From Parachlamydiales bacterium (GTDB taxonomy: Bacteria; Chlamydiota; Chlamydiia; Chlamydiales; Rhabdochlamydiaceae), in NCBI GenBank assembly GCA_963705295.1, contig OY970065.1, positions 1,888,001 to 1,952,000 on the forward strand: a stretch of 64,000 nt of DNA, written 5' to 3'. The translations under genes were made by a program, and so were the position numbers. Below the pieces are notes generated by a model, which did no database searches, was not told the DNA's origin, and saw only the letters and a list, made by a program, of their open reading frames with translations. Each line of letters begins with the position of its first letter. Position 1 is the first letter of the stretch. Shown piece after piece: positions 18,501-29,600 of the stretch.

Positions 18501-18731
18501 AAAACTCCATCAGATGTACATGCTGGCGTGGATGCGTGGCTTGAAAACCACCTACTATCTCCGCTCCGTTGCTGCAACACAGATCGAGAAATCGACCACC
18601 GATATCAATAAACGGGGACTGCAGCCTCGCTGGATGAAAAGCAAATCAGCATCCAGCAATATCACAGTTGACCGGAAGTGAGCCCAAAAGCGTGCAAGCT
18701 AGGCGATGAAACCTGCGAAAGCTGTCAATAA
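15561..18731 (+). pseudogene. nrdA: Ribonucleoside-diphosphate reductase alpha subunit; interrupted as sequenced (+1 near 18036, TAG at 18286, -1 near 18675), possibly sequencing error
   Basis: Three ATP-cone-like starts (VVKRDG, VQRKDG, VTEDG), TPTLFNSG, SSCYL, SNLCTEI, CNLGS, APTATIS and TTYYLR. The C-terminal CKLGDETCESCQ ends at 18731 in a shifted frame. Confidence 0.9.
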
Positions 18732-18742
18732 GGAGTAATAAC

Positions 18743-19772
18743 ATGAAAGATACCAGTAAAACGGGTCCAAGTCGACCAAAAAAGACTGATCAATTGCAAC
18801 AAGGTCGATGTCAATCAACTCATGCCACTCAAATATAAATGGGCATGGGAGCACTATCTTAACGGGTGTGCCAACCACTGGATGCCGACTGAAGTACCGA
18901 TGGGAAAAGATATTGAAATCTGGAAATCGAATGGGCTCACTCCGGATGAAAGACAGGTCATCATGCGGAACCTTGGGTTTTTCAGCACTGCAGAGAGCTT
19001 GGTGGGCAATAACATCGTGCTGGCGATTTTTAAACATGTCACCAATCCCGAAGTGCGGCAGTACTTACTCCGTCAGTCGTTCGAAGAAGCGATCCATACT
19101 CACACGTTCCATTATATTGTAGAATCGCTCTCCCTTGATCAGGGTGAAGTGTTCAACATGTACAACGAGGTCAATACGATCCATGCGAAAGACCAGTTTG
19201 AGATGACCCTGACTGAAGACATTATGAAACCAGACTTTACAACCGATACGCACGAGGGAGCTCAAAAATTCTTAGAAAATCTGATCGGTTATTACATCAT
19301 CATGGAAGGGATTTTCTTCTATAGCGGCTTCGTCATGATCCTCTCATTCCACCGGCAAAACAAGATGACTGGTATTGGCGAGCAGTTCCAATACATCTTG
19401 AGAGATGAAACAGTCCACCTCAACTTTGGTATCGACCTCATCAATGGAATCAAAGAAGAAAATCCACAGCTTTGGACTCCCCAGTTCCAAAACCACATCA
19501 TCGATCTCATCAAACAAGCTGTCGAACTGGAATATCAATACGCACAAGACTGCCTTCCACGGGGCATTCTAGGACTGACCGCACCGATGTTCCGCGAATA
19601 TGTCCAATACATCGCCGATAGACGACTAGAAAGAATCGGACTCAAACCAATCTACAAGTCGAAAAATCCATTCCCCTGGATGAGCGAAACAATTGATCTC
19701 CAAAAAGAGAAAAACTTTTTCGAGACCCGAGTGAACGAATATCAATCAGCTGCGAATCTGACGTGGAATTGA
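18743..19772 (+). CDS. nrdB: Ribonucleoside-diphosphate reductase beta subunit, class Ic (R2c) type; +1 frameshift within the first codons as sequenced (ORF track starts at 18822)
   Basis: AAGGAG RBS before ATG 18743. The [27 protein letters not shown]-terminus is in the main frame. Motifs [31 protein letters not shown] and [10 protein letters not shown]. Confidence 0.93.
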
Positions 19773-19778
19773 CGAGAG

Positions 19779-20612
19779 TCACGATTTGGACATAATTTTT
19801 ATCTGCATCCGATTGGGCAATATGCATTTAAATGCTCTCATTAAATGAGCAAATAATGTAACTCGGTACCGGAATTTAGGACGTTTTGTCTCTAACGCAT
19901 GAATGATTTTTTTAACCACAGCCGTTGGCAATTGAATAAAAGGTAATTTTTCTCTCTCCTTTAAACTAGATTTAGTCGAGGCTAAAAATGAGTCATATTT
20001 ACTTTGATGGAGGCTCTTCTCTCGATTTGGAATCGTTGAAACGGACTTGCGCAATTCAGTTGCAATAAAGCCTGGCTGGATGAGGGAAACATGTAGATGA
20101 CTCCCATATAACTCCATGGCTAATGACTCAACAATTCCTTCAAGTGCAAATTTCGATGCACAATAGGCCCCTGCATAAGGAACTCCGATAAAACCATTGA
20201 TCGAACTGATAAATATAATTCTTCCTTCCTTTTGCTTGCGCATAATAGGAATTATTTTTTTCGTAAGATAAATGGTACCAAAGAAATTCGTCTCAAATTG
20301 TTCCTTGATCATCTCTAAAGGCAAGTCTTCTACCGCACCCATGACTAAGTATCCCGCATTATTTATTAGTGCATCTAAATGCCCTTCTGTTTTCTCTAAG
20401 ATGTTCTTTACAGCTTGATCCATACTGAACGTATCAGCTAGATCTAATCTCTCTACTTCAAATCCTAAAGTTTGTAGAAGTACTAGGTCTTCTGCTTTCC
20501 TCACAGTTGCAAATACCCGGTAACCTCGAGCTTTCAATTCTGTCGCCGCACAAAGGCCGATTCCCCGCGAAGCGCCGGTGATTAATACTGTTTTTTGCCT
20601 TGTAGAATGCAT
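19779..20612 (-). CDS. Short-chain dehydrogenase/reductase, last gene of the PKS/NRPS operon
   Basis: TGASRGIG, NNAG and YCASK motifs. An AGGAG RBS overlapping the NRPS stop supports ATG 20612. Confidence 0.9.
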   Translation of the reverse strand: MHSTRQKTVLITGASRGIGLCAATELKARGYRVFATVRKAEDLVLLQTLGFEVERLDLADTFSMDQAVKNILEKTEGHLDALINNAGYLVMGAVEDLPLEMIKEQFETNFFGTIYLTKKIIPIMRKQKEGRIIFISSINGFIGVPYAGAYCASKFALEGIVESLAMELYGSHLHVSLIQPGFIATELRKSVSTIPNREKSLHQSKYDSFLASTKSSLKEREKLPFIQLPTAVVKKIIHALETKRPKFRYRVTLFAHLMRAFKCILPNRMQIKIMSKS

Positions 20613-20620
20613 GATTTCTC

Positions 20621-23600
20621 CTATAATGAAATGGGTAAAAAATCCACTTTTTCCAAATATCGAATATATTTGCCTAATAATCGGGGTCCTATTTTTGGAT
20701 AACGAATTCCCAATTTTTTTAATTGTAATTGTGTCTTTGAACAATGAACTTGTCGATGAGCGGCATTGTCAAAACCATCGGCATAAAGTGAGGCTAAAGC
20801 AAATAAGGCATTCTCTTCAGTCAATGACGACAAATAGTCTTGATGCCACTGTTTTTCATCTATTAATTGGATGGGATATCCGTATCGAGTGAGTGCATCT
20901 ATCAAGGTATTCCAATCTGTCACTTGTGGATTATTCAGGTGGTACACCACCGGTAAATTTGATTGAAGAGAAAGCTGCACGACTGACTTGCTAACAATAT
21001 CGACAGGAGTCATTTCAATCGGCATATCTAACCGGGGGGCTACCCCAAATTGGATACAGCTTTTTAATAACAGGGTGACGTGATTGCCTTCATTGACAAT
21101 GCCTGTGGTTTGTTGCCCTTGTACTGTGCCCAGACGGTAAATGGAACCCTCCATCCCGCGGTCCAAAGCCTGCACCATTAATTGCTCTGCTACCCATTTA
21201 GATTGGATATAGCCTTGCTTAAAATGGGTTGGCAACACCTCGAAGGTCACGTTCTCATCCAATGAATTAGCAGCGCTGATGGTTGAGATAAAATGTAAAC
21301 GTTTATTTTTGATTTCAACAGCTAATTGAATCAATTCAACCATACTCACGACGTTGGTTGCTCTTAAACTCTCGTAATCATAGATGTGATGGACATAGGC
21401 ACCATTGTGATAGATCGTATCTATTTCTCGAGCCAACCACTCGAATTGTTGCTCTGGCAAACCCAATTTAGGTTTGCTTAAGTCTCCGACTAATATTTCG
21501 ACTCGATTTAAATCAACTTCATCGATCAGTTCATATTTTGTTAATTGCTGTACGAGCTTTGATCTAGCTCCACTTTCATCCTCGCCTCGAATTAAACAAA
21601 CAACATGAGCGTCGGTTGAATTCAGCAATTCTTTTAATAGATGGACTCCTACAAATCCTGTCACTCCGGTTAATAAAATGACCTTTGGAGAAAGAAGGGG
21701 TTTATTTTTAGCTGTAATCTTTATAGAGCGGGGCAACTGTGCATCGGCTTCAATACGATGGATGAGTTTATTAAAACTACCGTCGCCTGTTCCACTCAGG
21801 GCTATCATCCGGGCAATCGTTGGTTGTTCTATGAAATCTCGCACGGTATATTCTAACTTCAACTGTTTTTTCACATTCGCAAGCAGGCGCGTAATCAATA
21901 GGGAATGGCCTCCTAAATTGAAAAAATTGTCATTGATGCTGATCTTGGCTTCATCCACGCCCAGAAGAGATGCCCAGAGGGACGCCAGTTTTTTTTCAAG
22001 CTCTGTCTTTGGAGCTATAAATTGATTTTCCTGTTGCCGATAGAGTTTATCGGGCTTCGGTAGACTGTGACGATCGACCTTACCGCTCTGTGTCAAAGGG
22101 ATATTTTCCAAGAATACAAATACAAGGGGAATCATGTAATCAGGGAGGATCCGAGAAATATGGTCTCGTAAATGTACAATAAAATCTGCGGAGGCTTCCT
22201 CTTTAAGACGGGTTGATGTGACTAAGTAAGCGACTAGTTTTTTATCTCCTTCATCTTCCCGAGCGATGACGACACACTGTTTTACATCTGGATAGGAAAT
22301 GATCGCAGATTCAACCTCTCCTATTTCTATTCTAAAACCTCGGATCTTCACCTGATCATCCATACGACCTAGGTATTCAATATTCCCATCTTGTAAATAC
22401 CGGACGGTGTCGCCTGTACGATACAAGCGGAGGTTCTCTTCGCTGGAGGCAAAAGGATGCGGAATAAATCGGCCCGCTGTTAACTCAGGACGATTCAGAT
22501 AACCTCGAGCCAGTCCCACTCCTCCGATATACAACTCCCCTGAGACTCCTATAGGAACAGGCTGCAACAGTTTATCTAGGATATACAGCTGCATATTTGC
22601 GATCGGTTTACCAATAGGAACGGTGTGCAATGGACAATCTTGTTTACAATGCCAATAACTCACATCAATGGCAGCTTCCGTAGGTCCATACAAATTATGT
22701 AATTCTGCATTCAATCTATGATAGAATCGGTCTTGCAATACAGTAGACAATGCTTCCCCGCTCGCAAAAACCAGCCGCAAAGAATGACACGTCTCTACTT
22801 TCTCTCCTTCGAGAAAATTACTTAACATGGAGGGGACGAAATGGATCACACTAATTTTTTGTTGCTGAATAGACTCGATTAATGCCTCTGCATCTTTGTG
22901 AATATGAGGACGAGCGATAACTAAACATGCTCCAGTGATGAGAGGCCAGAAAAATTCCCATACCGAAACATCAAAACTAAAGGTTGTTTTTTGCAATACC
23001 CGATCCGTACGTTTTAATAGGTATTGTTCCTGCATCCATAGAATACGATTGACTAATCCCAGATGGGTATTCATTACACCTTTAGGCTTACCGGTAGATC
23101 CCGAAGTGTAGATCACATAAGCTAAATCAGAGGGGTGATTGACAAAAACTGGATTATCAAAACCGGTTTCATTATTAGCAAAACAGTCTTGAAATTTAGA
23201 GTGAGTAATTAACAAAAATGATTGACTATCTTGCAGCATAAATTGCAATCGATCTTCAGGATAGCTTGGATCTAGAGGCACATAAGCGCCGCCTGCTTTG
23301 AGAACACCCAAGATACTAATCACAAGTTCTAGACTTCGCTCTAAGCTAATTGCTACTAATGTATCTTGCTTCACACCTTGAGAGCGGAGATAGTGAGCTA
23401 ATTGATTCGCTTTTATGTTCAGTTCTGCATATGTCAATTCCTTCTCTTCGAACACGACTGCTACAAGATTAGGAGTTTTTTCCACTTGTTCTTCAAATAA
23501 CTGATGGATTGTCTTATCTCGTGGATAGTCTTTAAAAGTATCATTCCATTCAATGAGTTGCGTGCAGCGATCTGATTCTGTAAGTAAATTTAAGTCATCG

Positions 23601-26600
23601 ATACGTTTGTCTACATTCTCAATGACTGCGGCGATGAGGTTTACAAAATGATCCGCCATCTTCTCGATCGTACTATCGTAAAACAAGTCGGTTGCGTATT
23701 CGATTGTAAGACCCAACTCACCCCATTCATGTTCGATAAAACTAAACGTTAAATCGAATTTAGAGAATTGATAATCAATAGGAAACAGCGCAGCTTCAAG
23801 TTCCTCTAAATTCACCCGCTGAGCTCGTGTATTTTGCAAGACCAACATGACTTGAAACAAGGGATGTCTATCTAACATCCGATTCACTTTAAAATGATCA
23901 ACCAATTGCTCAAAGGGAATATCTTGATGCCCATACGCTTGCAATGTAGTCTCTTTGGCTTGCTCTAATAACTCAGCAAATGTAGGTCGATCAGCTAAGT
24001 TGCCCCTCAATACCAGAGTGTTGACAAAAAACCCGATCAACCCCTCTACATCCTTCTCTTTCCGGCCTGCCATAGGGGATCCTATGACAATATCTTCCTG
24101 GTGGCTATACCGATATAGCAACACTTGAAGCAAGGAAAGCAAAGTCATAAATAGAGTAACTTGGTGCTTCTCTCCTAAGCTTTTTAAACCGGAAGCGAGA
24201 TTTTTGTGAATCATTCTCTGATAGACTTTCCCCCGATGACTTACCATCGCAGGTCGTGGCTTATCGGTAGGAAAATTTAATATCCCAGTTGCTCCTTTTA
24301 ATTGCTCATGCCAATATGATAGCTGATTCTGCAAGACGTCCCCTTTCAGCCAACTCCGTTGCCATAGTGTGTAGTCAACATATTGGACTGGCAATTCATC
24401 AAATAACAGAGGCTTCTCGTACGCATAATGATTATAAAATTGATTCAATTCCCTAACCATAATATCCAATGACCAACCATCTGAAATAATGTGATGCATC
24501 GTGATTAATAACACATGTTCGGCAGGGGTCAATGCGACTAAAGCAACCCTCATTAAGGGAAGTTTCGTTAAATCAAACGGCTCCATCGCTTTCCTGCTAA
24601 TCCATTCAATGGCTTCTTCTTCCAGATCATATCTCTCAAGAGTGAACAGGTAGGGTGTGACAACTTGCTGAGGCTCTCCCTCCACTGCCGTGAAATATGT
24701 GCGTAACGATTCATGCCGATTCACTAGTTTTTGGAAAGACCTCTCTAAAGCAGCCTCATTCAATCGCCCTGTTAACTTCAAAGCGACAGGTATATTATAG
24801 GTCGCTTTGTTCTCAATGAGTTGATCCAAAAACCATAACCTCTGTTGCGCAAAGGAAAGAGGGATCGTTTCCCCAGGTTCTTGTTTCGTCAACATAGGAA
24901 TCAAAGATTGTTCCTGCTTCAAAGTAACTTCGACTAGCTTGGCCAGCTCCTCGATTGTGGGATGTTTAAACAAACTGCGCAGAGGCAAATCCATCCGATA
25001 GTGATTTTTTATTCTAGCCATAAGCTGAGCGCCATTCAGCGAGTGGCCGCCCAACAGGAAGAAATTGTCATGGATTCCTATTTGCTTTACATCGAGTAGT
25101 TCGGACCACATGGAGGTTAGTTGGAGTTCTATGGCCTTGGTGGGCGCCACATAAGAACTTTTTGCATGTAGAACGACTGAATTACTCGATAAAGAAAGGG
25201 CTTTTCGATTCACTTTGCCGCTGGGAGTTAAAGGTAAACTTTCCAATGGAACAAAGGCGGTTGGCACCATATAACTAGGTAGTTTTTGTAGGAGATATCC
25301 GTTCAATTCATTTAACAGGTCGTCTTCCATGACACTATTCAAAACGATGTAAGCAATAAGACTGTTTTGCCCATTTTCTTTGTGCGGTGCTACGATACAT
25401 TGCTTGATCTGAGAATGAGAGGTAATCGCTATCTCGATTTCTCCCAACTCTACTCTAAAACCTCTAATCTTGACCTGTTCATCCAACCTTCCTAAATATT
25501 CAATATTCCCATCTGGCAAATAACGGACTAAATCTCCTGTCTGATAAAGAGAAGAATTTCTACTTTCAAATGGATTTCGGATGAACCGTTCCTCCGTTAA
25601 TTCAGGGCGATTTAAATAACCAGAAGCAACCCCTTTACCTCCTATGTACAATTCTCCTGCTACACCTTCAGGAACAAGTTGCCGATGTTTGTCTAATATG
25701 TATAACGACGTATTTGCAATCGGGCGGCCAATAGGCGGCAGATCAGAATAGGGAGGCTGCAGTGTAAAGGAAGTGACAACATGAGTTTCTGTAGGGCCGT
25801 ACTGGTTCACTAATGTACAATGCGGGTGGTCTTCTAAAAAATTTGCGACAGCTGTAGAAATCACCAATTGCTCTCCTGCCGTGATGACTTCACGCAGATC
25901 TGCCAAAACGCCTCTCTGATTTTTGTAATGTTCAACAAGTGCAGACAAGGCAACAAACGGCAAAAAGATACGGTTGATCTTTTTCTCTTTCAATATGTGT
26001 AATACTGCGCTGATATCTCTTTTCTCGTTTTCAGAAAATAGAACTAAAGTAGACCCATTTAACCAAGTTGAAAAACACTCTTGGAAACAAACATCAAAAC
26101 TTAAAGCGGAAAATTGCAAAACATTTACCTGCTCTTTAAATACAAAATTTTGTTTCTGCCACTCCAGCAAGTTACACAATGAACCATGAGACATCATGAC
26201 ACCCTTGGGTTGCCCGGTGGAGCCTGATGTATAAATCACGTACGCTAAATTGGATGGATCTCCTGATGAATCAAGATTCGTTACCGGCAAATCTTTCCAC
26301 TTAGACTTTTCTTCTATATCATTTTCATTGAGTAAAATAGAGGCTTTTGAATCTTCCAGCATGAAGTCCAATCGCTCTTTCGGATAATTGGGATCCAGGG
26401 GGACATAAGCACCCCCTGCTTTCAGAACTGCCAGAAGTCCGATCGGCAGGTTTAGTCCCCGGTCCAAGCTCAATGCTACCAGACTATTAGGCTTCACTCC
26501 TTGGATGCGTAAATAATGGGCTAGCTGATTGGCCTTTGCATTCAACTCCTGATAGGTCAATTGTTCATTTTCAAAAATGACGGCAATATCGTGCGGGGTT

Positions 26601-29600
26601 TTCTCGACTTGGTCTTCAAACAATTGATGGATTGTTTTCCCTTTTTGATAGGCAATCTCTGTCTGGTTCCTCTCCTCTATCAATTTGTGTTTTTCTTCAT
26701 CACCGATGAATTCCAAGTTCCAAACAGAACTATTCTGATTTGAAAGGGCACTCTCGAGTAACTTCAGATAGTTTACAAGCAGTTGCGTAATAAATGTTTT
26801 ATCAAACAAATCACCATTATATTTTAATGCCAATCTAAAACTATCTTTTTCCTCTATTATTGTCATATTTAAGTCATATTCAGTTTGCCCTTCTTCATAC
26901 CAAATAATGTGAGATTGAAGTCCTGCAAGCTTAAGATCGGAAATCGGCATATTGATAAAATTAAAAATAACTTTAAACAAATGATTTCCACTTAAATCCC
27001 TCTGAATATTTAATTTTCTGATTAATTTTGACATGGATAATGTTTGATTTTTTTGTGCCTGCATGATGAAGGATTGATTTTCTTTCATTAAGTCGGCAAA
27101 ACTCAATGAATCAGACAATTGAGTACGGCATGGCACTGTATTAATAAAATATCCTATGGTATTTTCAAACTTTTCATCTTCTCTGCCAAAAAATGGAATG
27201 CCGATTATAAGATCGGGTTGATTGGCATAGCGAGCCAAGAGAACCTGATAAGCAGATAGCAAACAAACAAATAAACTTGCGCTTTCCCTTTTAATAAACC
27301 GTTTCAATTGTTCCGCTAGTAGCTGCGGAAAAACAATATTTTCCCCAGCAGCTCGATACATCCCTGTCCGACGTTGAGCTGTAGGCAGCTGGAGCGGATC
27401 GGGCAGACTCGATAATTTCTGCTGCCAAAAATGCAATATCGATTGCTCCTCATTACCCAGCAACCGGTGTTGCCAATGAATGAAATCGGCGTAGCTCGTT
27501 TTCAAAGGCGAGGCTGTATATTGAGAATGGATGATCAGTGCATTATAATTTTGCATGAGCTCTTTGTTCAATATACCGAGTGACCATCCATCTGTGATGA
27601 TATGGTGCATCGCGTAGATAAATACATTTCGATGATTAGGAAACTGCAATAGACAGCATCGAAAAAGAGGGGCTTTTCCTAAATCGAAAGGCTCCCCATG
27701 CAGTTTTTCGATAACCTCATTTATTTCTAGTTGTTGAACATCCAGACCAGTCTCAAAGCTCTTTTTTATCGGTAAATCTATTTCTATTTTTCTTTGTACA
27801 ACCGCCTTGGTCTCTTCACCATTTATTAAAAAGCTCATGCGTATCGCATCATGTCGCTCTACGATTATATTTAATGCTTTCCTCAATGCCGCAATTTCTA
27901 CCTCTCCTATTAACTCCCATGCCATGCCAATATTATAAGTGGCAGCATTGGGAGTTAATAAACTAGTTGCAAAAAGCTGCTCTTGGCCAATGGATAAGGA
28001 ATTCGATGTCTCAGGGAAGGATACAACAATTTCTGGCATCTGTGCTTCCGTATAATGAGCCATCAGCTGAGGGGTATGAGTACGCCAAAGATGTTGAGAA
28101 AGTCCTTCAATTGTGGGGTATTCAAAAAACGAATTTTGTGACACAGAAAATCCATAGATCTGCTTCAATTGATTTGCAAGTCGAGTAAAAGCAATGGAAT
28201 CAAATCCATAAATACTCAGTTCCTTTGCTGGGTGAATTGCCTCTGGCTCAAGCTTCAATACCAAAGCTACAGTTTTCACGATGTCTCGTCTCATATATTC
28301 CAATATCTGTTCTTGCTGAGCAAAAGGGAGATCGGAAGTGTTTGAAAGATTCACGGAAGGGTTCGCTAGATCGTTTTGGTTCCCATATAACACAATAAAT
28401 TGAGGTGCTGAGGTCTGGCTTAAGCATCGAACGAATGCTTCCATCCCCTGTTTGCTAGGAAGGATTTCCATTCCCAAAGCTTTTAAAGCTTCGATGGTCG
28501 TTTCATTGCGGCCCATTCCCCCTTCCGCCCATAGCGGCCAGTTCATAGAAAGAGTTCTTCCCCTGCGCTCTCCTTTCTTCACTTGTTCAGAGCGAAAGTG
28601 GGCAAACGCATCTAAAAACGCATTCCCCGTCGCATAATCGGTTTGTCCTACGTTCCCAAAGCAGCTCGCTAAAGAGGAGAACATCACAAAGCACTCTAAG
28701 TTTTCGTGTGCTGTGGCAGCATCTAAATGGATTGTCCCTAATACTTTGGGCAAGAGGACCGACCTAAAACTACTCCAATCCTTCTGAAATAGAAGCCGAT
28801 CTTCTACGATTCCCGCGCTATGAATAATCCCCTGTAAACTACCAAAACGGGCTTTAGCGGCTTCTATCCATTTCTCTACTGTCTCTTGATCGGTGACATC
28901 TCCTTGTAAATAGAGAATCTCTCCTCCCATGCTTTCGATCTGCTTTTGCTTCTCCGGTGTTAATGCGCTACGCCCTGTGAGAATAAGTCTTGCCTGGTAT
29001 GTTTTTGCTAAATACTCAGCGAAAACAAGACCGAGTTCTCCCAGTCCCCCGGTAATCAGGTAAACACCCTTCTGGCGCAAAGGAAGATCTCCGGGGATTT
29101 GAGGTGTTGCCTCTTTGACATAGTGTTCTACCTGCCGTTCATCTCCCACATATCTTATATGGAACTCTTGGGCGTATTTCAGTTCATCGACCAGTTGGGT
29201 AAAAGAATTATATCCCACAACATGCATCCGATATCGGGGATTTTCCTGGGCCAGGCTCTTGGCCAGTCCCGTGACCATTATTCCCGGTTCTAATTTTGAA
29301 GACTCATAGGGATACGGCACCACAAAATGGAGATCTCCATCCACTTTTGCCTCCATGAGGCTTTGCAATAATACGGTGAGAGAATGTATCTGTGTGTCGA
29401 TATACGCAGGCGCATCAGACTCGTTTGCTAAAATAAAGTGGCTGAGCTTGATGTTGTCCTTGCGCATGGATTGAATAAATAAGGCGTAATCTTCTTTCTC
29501 ATCGAGATGAAGAACACGGTGATCGGGGAGGTGCTTTCTCAATTCAGAGACCAATGCACTATCTCTTCCCACAACACATAGGCTGTGTATTGTCCTTTCT

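Noticed and set aside
16333..18510. Many 60-270 aa antisense and alternate-frame ORFs over nrdA, and similar ones over the PKS and translocator genes
   Set aside because: They are shadows of strongly supported genes and have no motifs. Identical antisense ORFs simply reflect the module duplications.
15561..19772. nrdAB as a self-resistance gene pair for the PKS product
   Set aside because: Opposite strand, own promoter and NrdR boxes; it looks like the housekeeping copy, and nothing here shows a duplicate.
20613..20744. ORF-track N-terminal extensions of the SDR, and likewise TEII 61013-61081, AT 62615-62704 and PKS 60097-60138
   Set aside because: They overlap neighbouring genes or the promoter; the downstream ATGs have RBSs or stop/start overlaps.
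20621..28000. Pyrrolizidine-type (Ser-Pro-TE plus monooxygenase) NRPS
   Set aside because: The order here is Pro-like then Ser, release is by an R domain, and no Baeyer-Villiger monooxygenase is in the cluster.
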